Assembly (NCBI RefSeq): GCF_900232105.1
Contig: NZ_LT934425.1
Span: forward strand, 1,830,001 to 1,862,000
Direction: 5' to 3'
DNA from: Candidatus Kuenenia stuttgartensis
Lineage (GTDB): Bacteria > Planctomycetota > Brocadiia > Brocadiales > Brocadiaceae
DNA: 32,000 bases
Part shown: in pieces, positions 10,744 through 19,408 of the stretch
How the letters are laid out: every line of letters begins with the position of its first letter
Numbering within the stretch: the first letter of the stretch is position 1
Notes under the pieces: model-generated
Database searches by the model: none
Told to the model about the DNA's origin: nothing
Seen by the model: only the letters and a program-made list of their open reading frames with translations
Program-made: the position numbers and the translations under genes

Positions 10744-11316
10744 GTGAAAGTTATTGCGGTCTTTGGCAGTCCCCGCAGTGGTGGGAATTCTGATATAATA
10801 CTCGATCATCTTATTAAGGGCATTGAAGCGAATGGCATATGCGTAGAAAAGATTATTTTGCGGAATTTGAGCTTCAGCCCATGTATTTCATGCGGAAGAT
10901 GCATGCAAACGGGGATTTGTGCAGTTAATGACGATATGCAAAAAATATATCCCCGTATTGTTGAAGCCGGTGGCATAATCGTGGCGTCTCCCATTTATTT
11001 TATGGGCGTGAGCGCACAGCTAAAGGCATTTATTGACCGTTTTCAGGTATTTTGGTCGCGTAAATATATTTTACATTTCCCGGTAAGGAAAGATGGGGTT
11101 GCCGCTAAAGGTTTTTTTATTGCCACTGCCGCACGCCATGAGAGTGAGGAACTTTTTGCCGGGGCAATAAAAACAGTGAAATCTTTTTTTCACGTCATTG
11201 ATGCGGAATATGCCGGTGATATGCTGTGTTCAGAACTGGAAGAAAAAGGGGCGGTATATAAAAAACAGGCCATCCTTAAACAAGCATTTGATACCGGCAA
11301 AACATTATTTATCTGA
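10744..11316 (+). CDS. NADPH-dependent FMN reductase / flavodoxin family protein
   Basis: VFGSPRSGGNSDIILDHLIKGI, CISCGRCMQTGICAVNDDMQ, GIIVASPIYFMGVSAQLKAFIDR. Confidence 0.9.
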   Translation: MKVIAVFGSPRSGGNSDIILDHLIKGIEANGICVEKIILRNLSFSPCISCGRCMQTGICAVNDDMQKIYPRIVEAGGIIVASPIYFMGVSAQLKAFIDRFQVFWSRKYILHFPVRKDGVAAKGFFIATAARHESEELFAGAIKTVKSFFHVIDAEYAGDMLCSELEEKGAVYKKQAILKQAFDTGKTLFI

Positions 11317-11331
11317 TGTATTAGATTTTAA

Positions 11332-12852
11332 TTGAGTAGTTTTATGGGAAATCAAAAAAGAAAACATCGTTGTCCGGGGGAGCCTTACGAGATCAGCGAT
11401 TCAGTATGCAAAGGCCGGCAAGGGGTAAATTACCCAAAATGCAATGTATGTCTGGAAAAAGTAGAAGCGCAACACGATACTGAACAATCAAAATCAGAAA
11501 CAACGGTATCAACGGGTATTTTCAAAAGTTATGATATTCGGGGAAAATATCCTTCAGAACTTGATGATCTGACTGCCCGGAAGATAGGAACTTCCATTGC
11601 CTTGTTTTTTAAAGAAAACAACCCTCGTTCAAAAAACATCGTTGTTGGCAGAGATATGAGGACTTCTTCCAGGTCATTGGCAAACGCACTTATCGAAGGC
11701 ATTTGTTCCACTGGAACAAACGTGATAAATATCGGCGTTGTGCCGACGGAAATGACTTATTTTGCCGTGGGTTATTACGCTTATGACGGAGGCGTAATGG
11801 TAACGGCATCGCATAATCCCGCGGAATATAACGGATTTAAGATATGCAGAGAGCAGGCAATGCCGGTCAGTTTTGAAACAGGAATAGAAAGAATCGCAAA
11901 ATTAACAAAACAATACCATCCGCCCCGCATTGACCAGCTTGGAAAGGTAATCTTAAATGATGTTTTTAAAGATTATAAAAAACATGTAATGAAATTTGCA
12001 AACAACCTAAGACCCCTTCGCATTGTTGTGGACGCGGGAAATGGTATGGCCGGAAAAATTATTCCTTTCGTTTGTGAAGGGCTTCCAATAGAAATTATTC
12101 CGTTATATTTTGAACTTGATGGGAGCTTTCCAAACCACGAGGCAAATCCACTCAAACCTGAAAATGTTGAAGATTTGCAAAACAAAGTAAAAGAAACAAA
12201 GGCACACCTGGGGGTTGCCTTTGATGGAGATGCAGACCGGTGTATTTTTGCAGATGAAATGGGGAGGATAATAGGATGCGATATTATTACCGCGCTGGTA
12301 GCGCAAAAATTTCTTAAACAGGAACCAGGCGCTGCGATTGTATATGACCTCCGGTCGAGCAAGGTCGTTCCGGAAGAAATAAAAGCCGCAGGTGGAATTC
12401 CCTGTCGCGAACGGGTAGGCCACGCATACATGAAAGCCGCCTTACGAGAAAAAAACGCACCATTTGGCGGAGAACTTTCCGGACATTATTATTTCAGGGA
12501 TAACTACTATTCCGACTCGGGAATTATCATATTTTTTTTGATCCTGGAACTTTTAAGTTTAAGACGGGCTCCTTTTTCCAGCATACTCGCACCGCTAAAA
12601 AGATATTGCTCCTCGGGGGAAACAAATTTTAAGGTGAAAGAAAAGGATGCGAAATTAGAAGAAATTGTTAAAAAATTTCCTAACGCAAAAATAGACTACC
12701 TTGATGGAATTACCGTTGAATACAACGATTGGTGGTTTAATGTCAGAAAATCAAATACAGAGCCTCTTCTGAGATTGAATGTAGAAGGAAAAACACCGGA
12801 AATAATGGAAAAGGGGAAAAAAACGCTTACCAGCATTATTGAGGGGAGATAA
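11332..12852 (+). CDS. phosphomannomutase/phosphoglucomutase with Cys-rich N-terminal extension
   Basis: FKSYDIRGKYP, VTASHNPAEYNG (phosphoserine loop), DGDADR metal loop, GELSGHYYF; N-terminus CPGEPYEISDSVCKGRQGVNYPKCNVC. Confidence 0.92.
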   Translation: MSSFMGNQKRKHRCPGEPYEISDSVCKGRQGVNYPKCNVCLEKVEAQHDTEQSKSETTVSTGIFKSYDIRGKYPSELDDLTARKIGTSIALFFKENNPRSKNIVVGRDMRTSSRSLANALIEGICSTGTNVINIGVVPTEMTYFAVGYYAYDGGVMVTASHNPAEYNGFKICREQAMPVSFETGIERIAKLTKQYHPPRIDQLGKVILNDVFKDYKKHVMKFANNLRPLRIVVDAGNGMAGKIIPFVCEGLPIEIIPLYFELDGSFPNHEANPLKPENVEDLQNKVKETKAHLGVAFDGDADRCIFADEMGRIIGCDIITALVAQKFLKQEPGAAIVYDLRSSKVVPEEIKAAGGIPCRERVGHAYMKAALREKNAPFGGELSGHYYFRDNYYSDSGIIIFFLILELLSLRRAPFSSILAPLKRYCSSGETNFKVKEKDAKLEEIVKKFPNAKIDYLDGITVEYNDWWFNVRKSNTEPLLRLNVEGKTPEIMEKGKKTLTSIIEGR

Positions 12853-13709
12853 TGTACACACCAGCCTTTCTTATTCGACTTAGTTTTTCACAAATTGCCA
12901 TGTATGCTGCGATTGCAGCCTTTTTCCTGCTGTCCCTCCCTCAATTTACCGGCATAGGAACAAACGCCGATGCGGAGGTCTTTGATATTAAATTTACAAA
13001 TGGGAAATTATCCGTAAAACTGGAAGATTCCCCGCTGGAAAAGGTGTTAAAGGAAATTATGACGCAAAGCGGCGCAAGAATATGGCTGACCGATTCAATT
13101 GACACAAAAGTCACTATGGAATATCAGGATGTTCCTATCAGAGAAGGGATACGCAGGATTTTGAAAGACAAAAATTACGCCTTCAGTTATGATCCCAACG
13201 AATTAAAAGAAGGAAAAATATCAATAGTCAGCGCCAATAAATCGAAAGAAATTTACACGCCAACAAGCCAAAAACCACCAGAAAAATTAATCAAACGAAA
13301 AGATAAAAAAAAGAAAAAAGACCCTGAGTTTGAAGCGCTTGCCAAAGACGCATTGGAAAATGAAGATGCCGAAAAAAGGGAAGATGCTATAATAGCCCTG
13401 GGAGAAACTGAAGATAAAAAAGCAATAGAAATTATTGCTAAGGCATTGGAAAAAGATACAAATGTAGACGTACGGTTAAGCGCCATCGATGCATTGCTGG
13501 AAATAGATATAGATGACGCATCTATAATAAAACCAATTTCCAAAGCCGCTCTAAAAGACAAAGATCCGTGGGTTCGCGAAAGCGCCGTAGAGGCATTGGG
13601 CGAAATAGAGAGCAAGGAGGCTATAGAAATCATTAAGCAGGCGCTTAATGATGAAGATGGCTCCGTTCGGGAAATAGCACAGGAAATTCTGGACGATCTA
13701 AACAAGTAA
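12852..13709 (+). CDS. secreted/membrane-anchored protein with STN-like domain and HEAT repeats
   Basis: N-terminal TM/signal; LEDSPLEKVLKEIMTQSGARIWLTDSIDTKVTMEYQDVPIREGIRRIL then repeated VDVRLSAIDALLEI / PWVRESAVEALGEI / GSVREIAQEIL; ATG overlaps upstream TAA (TAATG). Confidence 0.75.
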   Translation: MYTPAFLIRLSFSQIAMYAAIAAFFLLSLPQFTGIGTNADAEVFDIKFTNGKLSVKLEDSPLEKVLKEIMTQSGARIWLTDSIDTKVTMEYQDVPIREGIRRILKDKNYAFSYDPNELKEGKISIVSANKSKEIYTPTSQKPPEKLIKRKDKKKKKDPEFEALAKDALENEDAEKREDAIIALGETEDKKAIEIIAKALEKDTNVDVRLSAIDALLEIDIDDASIIKPISKAALKDKDPWVRESAVEALGEIESKEAIEIIKQALNDEDGSVREIAQEILDDLNK

Positions 13710-13783
13710 CCATTTTTGTTTTTTATATTGACATTCAATAAATAATCGTTTAAATTAACTAACGTTTATATTTTTAAACAGTA

Positions 13784-13863
13784 GAAATTGCACAATTTCT
13801 CACATCTCCCAATTGTGAGGCCCCGCTCCTCCCGCAGGTTTATTACCCTGCGGGAGGTTTTTT
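13784..13863 (+). promoter_or_regulatory. structured leader of NusG paralog: alternative hairpins plus terminator-like stem containing the SD
   Basis: gaaattg/caatttc (13784-13799); cacaatt/aattgtg (13791-13817); ctcaca/tgtgag (13799-13819); cctcccgcagg/cctgcgggagg (13828-13857) followed by T6; ggagg SD lies in the 3' arm, 12 nt before the ATG at 13870. Confidence 0.6.
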
Positions 13864-13869
13864 AAAAAC

Positions 13870-14379
13870 ATGGAAAAAAACGTTGCCTACTGGTTTGCAG
13901 TTCACACAAGATCTCGTCACGAAAAGCAAGTAGATTCCTTCTTAAGGGAAAAGAATATCAGCTCCTTCCTTCCACTAGTGAAAACAATCAGCCGCAGACG
14001 GGACAGAAAGAAATTTATTGATGTTCCTCTTTTTCCAGGGTATTTGTTTGTCAATATAACACTGGATAATCTATATGAAATAAAAAGCACACGGGGAGTG
14101 GTAAGGATTATTGGCAACGAGGATGACTTTATTCCTTCTCCTATTCCGGATGCAGAAATAAACAATTTAAAGACCTTGATAAACAGCAATGTTGCGATAG
14201 ACCCTTACAAATATTTGCAAAAAGGCACGAAGGTCCGGGTTGTTTCAGGCCCGCTCATTGGTTTAGAGGGACTACTGGTCAAAAGGAAGACGAATTATCG
14301 CGTTGTAGTTTCTATAGACATTTTGCAAAAATCTACGTCAGCAGAGATTAGCATAGCGGATATTGAATCAATTGATTAG
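13870..14379 (+). CDS. transcription termination/antitermination protein NusG paralog (RfaH/UpxY-like)
   Basis: AYWFAVHTRSRHEKQVDSFLREKNISSFLPLVKTISRRRDRKKFIDVPLFPGYLFVN... KGTKVRVVSGPLIGLEGLLVKRKTNYRVVVSIDILQKSTSAEI (NGN plus KOW). Confidence 0.93.
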   Translation: MEKNVAYWFAVHTRSRHEKQVDSFLREKNISSFLPLVKTISRRRDRKKFIDVPLFPGYLFVNITLDNLYEIKSTRGVVRIIGNEDDFIPSPIPDAEINNLKTLINSNVAIDPYKYLQKGTKVRVVSGPLIGLEGLLVKRKTNYRVVVSIDILQKSTSAEISIADIESID

Positions 14380-14447
14380 TGTTGCCTCAAATTAATACCG
14401 GTAATCTTTTTTCAGATTAAAATCAGATAGATAATAAATAAAGATGT

Positions 14448-15020
14448 ATGGCAAACGACGAAGAAATCACACAATATAATATCCTTGAAAAATTGTCGGA
14501 CAGCGACCGGATTTCCCAGCGCCAATTATCCACGCAGTTGGGCATTAACGTTGCTTCTATAAACTTTGCGATAAAAAAACTTACAAAGAGGGGGTTGATA
14601 AAAGTTTTGGGTACAAACCCAAGAAAGATTCGCTATATTTTAACTTCAAAAGGGATTACAGAAAAGACGCAGATTGCCTATAATTTTTTAAACAGAAATT
14701 TTCGTTTTTACAAGGCGGTGAGAAAAGATGTTGAAAGCAAGGTACAAGAGATCCCTTTTAACGGTCAAACCCGTGTTGCACTTTATGGCGTTACTGACCT
14801 TATGGAAATTGCGTATTTAGTGATCCAGGATAAAGAATTAGATCTGGTCGCTGTGGTTGATGATGAGATGAAGATTCGAATTTTCGGTTACCATGTCATC
14901 GGACTCGAAGAAATAAGTATCTGCTCTCCAGATTACCTGCTTTTAACAAAAGAGCCGGATATTGCTGCTGTAAAAAAATATGTACCGGATTCAGTCAAAA
15001 TTGTAGATATACGGGTATAA
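14448..15020 (+). CDS. winged-helix regulator, EPS-associated MarR-like
   Basis: ITQYNILEKLSDSDRISQRQLSTQLGINVASINFAIKKLTKRGLIKV; adjacent to NusG paralog. Confidence 0.8.
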   Translation: MANDEEITQYNILEKLSDSDRISQRQLSTQLGINVASINFAIKKLTKRGLIKVLGTNPRKIRYILTSKGITEKTQIAYNFLNRNFRFYKAVRKDVESKVQEIPFNGQTRVALYGVTDLMEIAYLVIQDKELDLVAVVDDEMKIRIFGYHVIGLEEISICSPDYLLLTKEPDIAAVKKYVPDSVKIVDIRV

Positions 15021-15119
15021 CGCCTCCCCCCCCGGTTTCAGCCGAGAATGCATACCAACGCACATGTCTGTTTGTTTGTAGGTTAACTTGCCCAATTTGA
15101 GCCAGAAAATAACACTATA

Positions 15120-15836
15120 ATGGAACAATGGCTACTTATTTTATCTTCTGCGCTTATAGCATCTGTTGTTGCTGCAATTGCCGGTACGGGTGGAGGTATA
15201 ATTTTACTTCCTGTTTTGGTCGCAATATTTGGGGTGCGCGATGCTGTTCCGATGTATGCCGTTGCCCAGCTTGTTGGCAACCTGAGCCGTGTTGGATTTA
15301 ACCGGCGATTTATACAACTTCCTGTCGTTTTTTGGTTTGTTGCCGGAGCCATTCCTTTTTCCATTCTAGGCGCCTGGCTTTTCACCAAATTACCAGATAC
15401 CGGTCTTCTCAGGATTTTGGGTGGCTTTTTAATCTGTTCCGTCATTTGGCGGCATTGGCGCGGACGTCTGATCACAGGATTCCGCCCGCATTGGTTTGCC
15501 CCCATTGGGTCCATGTTTTCTTTGGTTTCTGCAATTTCCGGCAGTGCCGGTCCTTTTCTTGCGCCGTTTTATCTTTCATACGGGCTCATCAAGGGTGCGT
15601 TCATCGGAACCGAGGCTTTAGGGACTGCGGCAATACACGTTGTAAAGCTTGTCTCTTATCAGAGTTTTGGTGCGATTTCATCATCTACCTGGGTATGTGG
15701 GCTTTCTATTTGTCCGGTAATGGTCATTGGCTCCTTCGTTGGAAAGAGCATATTAGAGAGATTATCTATTCAGGTATTTATGAGGATTATCGAAGTTGTG
15801 ATTACCGGATTTGGACTATGGTTTCTCATAAAATGA
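15120..15836 (+). CDS. TauE/SafE family sulfite exporter/permease
   Basis: AGTGGGIILLPVLVAIFGVRDAVPMYAVAQLVGNLSRV; ~8 hydrophobic segments. Confidence 0.88.
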   Translation: MEQWLLILSSALIASVVAAIAGTGGGIILLPVLVAIFGVRDAVPMYAVAQLVGNLSRVGFNRRFIQLPVVFWFVAGAIPFSILGAWLFTKLPDTGLLRILGGFLICSVIWRHWRGRLITGFRPHWFAPIGSMFSLVSAISGSAGPFLAPFYLSYGLIKGAFIGTEALGTAAIHVVKLVSYQSFGAISSSTWVCGLSICPVMVIGSFVGKSILERLSIQVFMRIIEVVITGFGLWFLIK

Positions 15837-16119
15837 AATTTTGGCAACACTTTGGTTTTTTGAAAATTTACTTGTTACGATTTTTTTTAATCTGTGTAAG
15901 CGGTGTAACCTGTGTAATCTGTGGTTCATCTTTCATATTTCGTATTTGTTTGGCACTGGTTTGTCTATGTTATGGTTGGGCGAATTATCGCTAAATTTCA
16001 TTTAATTTGCTTTATTAATTTTGTATTATATTAAATACATTTTGTTTCATTTTTTTATCCATTGCTAAAAAAACTTCAATACTCATCAGCATCAATAGTA
16101 AACATAAGCAAAAAAAACA

Positions 16120-18519
16120 ATGACCAAAAAAAAGAGAAAATACCTTTCTCCGGTAATGCTGGAGCATAAGGCCAGAGATGATTTTGAGAAAAAGAGATAC
16201 CGGGAGGCAATGGAGAGTTTTGAAGAACTTTATTGGATGGACAATGAAAAATATCGTAGCGAACTCCTGGCCAGTTATCGTGCATTAGCGGATACATTTA
16301 TTCAAAACAAAAAATGGGAGAATGTTGAGGATATTGTAGTTAAGATAAAAGAGATAACAGGCGGAGAATGCGATGATTTGTTAGCGGTAAAAATAGCAAT
16401 TAAGAGGGGCGATTATGCCGCTGCGGCAGATGAGTATATTTCCCTTTTGTCGAAAGGCATAGAGGCGCCGGGCATTAACGAAATTCCAGGGATGGCAGAT
16501 GCAATAGTCTTGCGTTTCCATGACAGTTCTTTTTTTAAGTCATACAATCCGGAAATATATAAAGAAATAATTGCGATACACAAGGCGCTGGAGAATATTG
16601 CACATGAACGTTATGATGAAGCCTGGGCAGAAGTAAAAGAGATAGGACGAAACTCCGTATTTTCGCATTGGAAGTTATTTATAAAAGGGAGTATTGCCTT
16701 TTATACAAATGAGGATGAAAAGGCGAAATTGGCTTTTTCCCTCATATCCGCAGACACGCTGTTGCACGATACCGCAAAGGCGTTTATGGTACTCATGGAT
16801 AATACGCAGCAAAAATTGCCTGAGACTCTAAGCAAAAAGACTTTAAGGAAGATATGCTATTTGTCGGGATATCCAGAGCTTGCGCATGTATTGCCCGATG
16901 CGGATTATTTTTGGGAGGAAGGCGATCATCTTAATTCATACAGGTATATTCGTAACGGACTTTCGGATTTTCCTTCAGAGGAAACAGGCATTGTTGGCAC
17001 CCTTACCAGGTTTTATTTCAGTAGTATTTACTATATGAGGGCAGATGATGCCGAGGACTTTATAGAAGGTATTATAAACAACCGCTCATTAACTGCTCAG
17101 GGAAAAATTGAAAATTTGCTCATAAAAAAAGCCGAATGTTTTCTCTCTAGGGGCTGGCGATTAAGTGATCTGGAATATGCAGGTATATGGGAAGATTTTC
17201 TCGATGTATATAAAGAGGTTTATGGCGAAAATAAAAAAATTGAAGCCATTGTGTACGCACATTTGGGGGGGAGTTTTGCCGTCGAAGAAAAAAATGAACC
17301 TTCCCCTTTTCATTGGATGGAACATAGGGAAGATGAAGTCTGCTTCCGAAATGCAAAACTCGCCGAACGCTATTTACTAAAGAGTATTGACCGTGACGAA
17401 GGCAGCAAGGATGCCTGTTTGCAATTATTAATAGTGTACGGGAAAACCCGCAAACTACAGAAGTTAAACAGACTGTTGGATAAACTGGTGGCTATATTCC
17501 CCGAGGACCCTTTTATATTAACCAACGCGGGGATTAGCTGTGTTAATCGCAATGTATTTGCGAAGGGAATAAAGTATTTGGAGCAGGCAAACCGCCTTGA
17601 TCCGTTAGATAGCAAAATTAAGAAACAGTTGGCTCTGGCATATCTGCGAGCTGCCCCGCTAAATTTTGATAAAGGGCAGATACCACAGGGCAGAAAAATG
17701 TATGGCAAAGCAATTAACATTGGAATAAAAAGTTCGCATGATTTTAACAGAGGGATTGCCTATATTTACGCACGATGGTCTGGTCTTGAGTTTAAAAACC
17801 AGAACAAAGAGCGGGGGAATGAATTATTTCATTTGGCGCTAAACAACACAGAGAGTCCCTTCCCGCTTATTTATTTTACACAGTTGGTATACCGGTGTTA
17901 TGGTGTGCCTGATATATATATACAAAAACGCTACGACGAGCTTGACAATGCATGGCGCAACGCACCCACCCCCGCCAATGTTGCTTTATTAATAGATATT
18001 TATTCTTATATATCGGAGATTAGCAAACCCCAATGGCTGGTTAGTGAAAAAAAAAGGATTGTTGAATATGCGTTTAAAACATTATGGGCGCCATGTTCCG
18101 AAACAGATGCATCAAGGATCGTAAAATTTGCATTACAAGAGAAAGAATTTAAACTCGGGGAAAGATATATTGCAAAAATGTTGAAGGAAGACAAAGAAGC
18201 CCCATTATTTCTTTACCATAAACTTACCTTAAGAGAGTTAGGCAAACGAGTAGTCCCGACAGAAAAAACCCTTCAGGAACTTGAACATATACTGCTTTTG
18301 GCGGAAAAGAGAAATAATTTGCAGTTGGTGCGTGAATTGAAAAGTGAGGTGGAGAACTTACGGGAATTTTTAGAGACTAAGAATATTTTGAATGGCCCCT
18401 TCCCCAAGGATATGCTTGATGCTTTCGACGAGGATGGCGACTCCGGTTTCGATATAATAAAAAGAATATTTGAAGGAATATCTCCATCAAAGAGGGCGCA
18501 CAAAAAAAAGAAAAAATAG
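16120..18519 (+). CDS. large tetratricopeptide-repeat protein
   Basis: 799 aa with many alpha-helical repeat units (YRVALADTFIQNKKWENVEDIV-like, IFPEDPFILTNAGISCVNRNVFAKGIKYLEQANRLDPLDSKIKKQLALAYLRAA); Lys-rich C-terminus KRAHKKKKK. Confidence 0.75.
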   Translation: MTKKKRKYLSPVMLEHKARDDFEKKRYREAMESFEELYWMDNEKYRSELLASYRALADTFIQNKKWENVEDIVVKIKEITGGECDDLLAVKIAIKRGDYAAAADEYISLLSKGIEAPGINEIPGMADAIVLRFHDSSFFKSYNPEIYKEIIAIHKALENIAHERYDEAWAEVKEIGRNSVFSHWKLFIKGSIAFYTNEDEKAKLAFSLISADTLLHDTAKAFMVLMDNTQQKLPETLSKKTLRKICYLSGYPELAHVLPDADYFWEEGDHLNSYRYIRNGLSDFPSEETGIVGTLTRFYFSSIYYMRADDAEDFIEGIINNRSLTAQGKIENLLIKKAECFLSRGWRLSDLEYAGIWEDFLDVYKEVYGENKKIEAIVYAHLGGSFAVEEKNEPSPFHWMEHREDEVCFRNAKLAERYLLKSIDRDEGSKDACLQLLIVYGKTRKLQKLNRLLDKLVAIFPEDPFILTNAGISCVNRNVFAKGIKYLEQANRLDPLDSKIKKQLALAYLRAAPLNFDKGQIPQGRKMYGKAINIGIKSSHDFNRGIAYIYARWSGLEFKNQNKERGNELFHLALNNTESPFPLIYFTQLVYRCYGVPDIYIQKRYDELDNAWRNAPTPANVALLIDIYSYISEISKPQWLVSEKKRIVEYAFKTLWAPCSETDASRIVKFALQEKEFKLGERYIAKMLKEDKEAPLFLYHKLTLRELGKRVVPTEKTLQELEHILLLAEKRNNLQLVRELKSEVENLREFLETKNILNGPFPKDMLDAFDEDGDSGFDIIKRIFEGISPSKRAHKKKKK

Positions 18520-18581
18520 GATAACCATTAGTACTTTATCGTAACTATTACATTGTTTCGTTAAAATGTGTACGTAAAAAA

Positions 18582-18666
18582 ATGTCATCGCGAGGAGTGT
18601 AGCGACGAAGCAATCTCTTGTTCCCAAAAGACTTAAGATTGCTTCGCTGTCGCTCGCAATGACGGT
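18582..18666. repeat. ~85-bp imperfect palindromic intergenic repeat (TCATCGCGAGG...TCGCTCGCAATGA)
   Basis: gtcatcgcgaggagtgtagcgacgaagcaatct ... agattgcttcgctgtcgctcgcaatgac inverted arms. Confidence 0.75.
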
Positions 18667-18691
18667 ATCAATGTAGATATTTTAATGAAAC

Positions 18692-18820
18692 GTTATACTA
18701 TTCAGCGCAAACGATACACGGCTCGTTTCCAAACAGATACTTCACTATGTTCAGTACAAGGTTTGGAAACGCGTTACGTTCTGATCTCCGGTGGTTTAAT
18801 AAATTACGCTGAATAGTTAC
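18692..18820. repeat. MITE-like element, copy 2, core inverted relative to copy 1
   Basis: Arms as in 5395-5521 (CTATTCAGCGCAAACGATACACGGCTCGTTTCCAAAC; GTTTGGAAACGCGTTACGTTCTGATCTCCGGTGGTTTAATAAATTACGCTGAATAGTTAC); core 18735-18760 is the reverse complement of 5436-5461 at 24/26. Confidence 0.85.
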
Positions 18821-18891
18821 ACTTTATCAGTAATTTCTTTGCGTTTTTTGGCAAAATATTTAATAGTGAAACACGAAATGCTAAATACGAA

Positions 18892-18954
18892 TCCACCCCC
18901 TTACCTCCTCCAAAGTGGGAGAATGTTCCCCGTCGGCGGGAGTAAGGGGGTGGA
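18892..18954. repeat. palindromic intergenic repeat
   Basis: TCCACCCCCTTAC (18892-18904) pairs with GTAAGGGGGTGGA (18942-18954), 13-bp perfect arms. Confidence 0.7.
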
Positions 18955-19053
18955 TTTTGGAATTTGTTTCGTATTTCGTATTTTTTATTTCTTGCTATGC
19001 CAGCTTAGGTAATTATCAGATTTCAGATTATGGAAAGCAAAAGGTGATGAAAA

Positions 19054-19350
19054 ATGACTCCGTATGAAATTTTAGGTATTGGCCTCTCAGCAGACGATGC
19101 GACGATCCGTAATGCTTATCTGGAGTTGGTAAAAAAACATCCGCCAGACAGGGCGCCGGAAATGTTCAAAAAAATTGCCAATGCATATGATCTGATACGG
19201 GATGAGAGAAAACGGTTGCACTATTATGTATTTAACAGAGATATGCCAATTAATCGTCCATTTGAGGCATTATTGCTGCATGCGGGAGTAACGAATAAGC
19301 GAAAACCCCCAAGTTTTGAAAGATTGAAGGAGCTGCTTAGTGATGTTTGA
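19054..19350 (+). CDS. J-domain-only (DnaJ-like) co-chaperone with HPPD in place of HPD
   Basis: MTPYEILGIGLSADDATIRNAYLELVKKHPPDRAPEMFKKIANAYDLIRDERKRLHYYVF. Confidence 0.8.
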   Translation: MTPYEILGIGLSADDATIRNAYLELVKKHPPDRAPEMFKKIANAYDLIRDERKRLHYYVFNRDMPINRPFEALLLHAGVTNKRKPPSFERLKELLSDV

Positions 19351-19408
19351 TGAATCCCGAATGTGTGCATTTCAGGTTTTTTATAAATAATAATTTAGAG
19401 CAATTTTA

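Noticed and set aside
13253-13738. 161-aa ORF antisense to the HEAT-repeat gene
   Set aside because: Ser/Ile-rich composition is the mirror of repetitive GAA/AAA/GCC codons in the real HEAT gene.
15083-15514. 143-aa minus-strand ORF overlapping the TauE/SafE gene
   Set aside because: Antisense, Pro/Arg-rich, no supporting features.
15880-15930. Short near-repeats (TCTGTGTAAGCGGTGTAACCTGTGTAATCTGTGG) suspected as tandem repeat array
   Set aside because: Only degenerate, irregular units and too short; not a CRISPR or a clear tandem array.
15332-15994. 220-aa plus-strand ORF in alternate frame of the TauE/SafE gene
   Set aside because: His/Arg/Cys-rich out-of-frame translation (HSFFHSRRLAFHQITRYR) of the real CDS; extends into AT-rich intergenic DNA.
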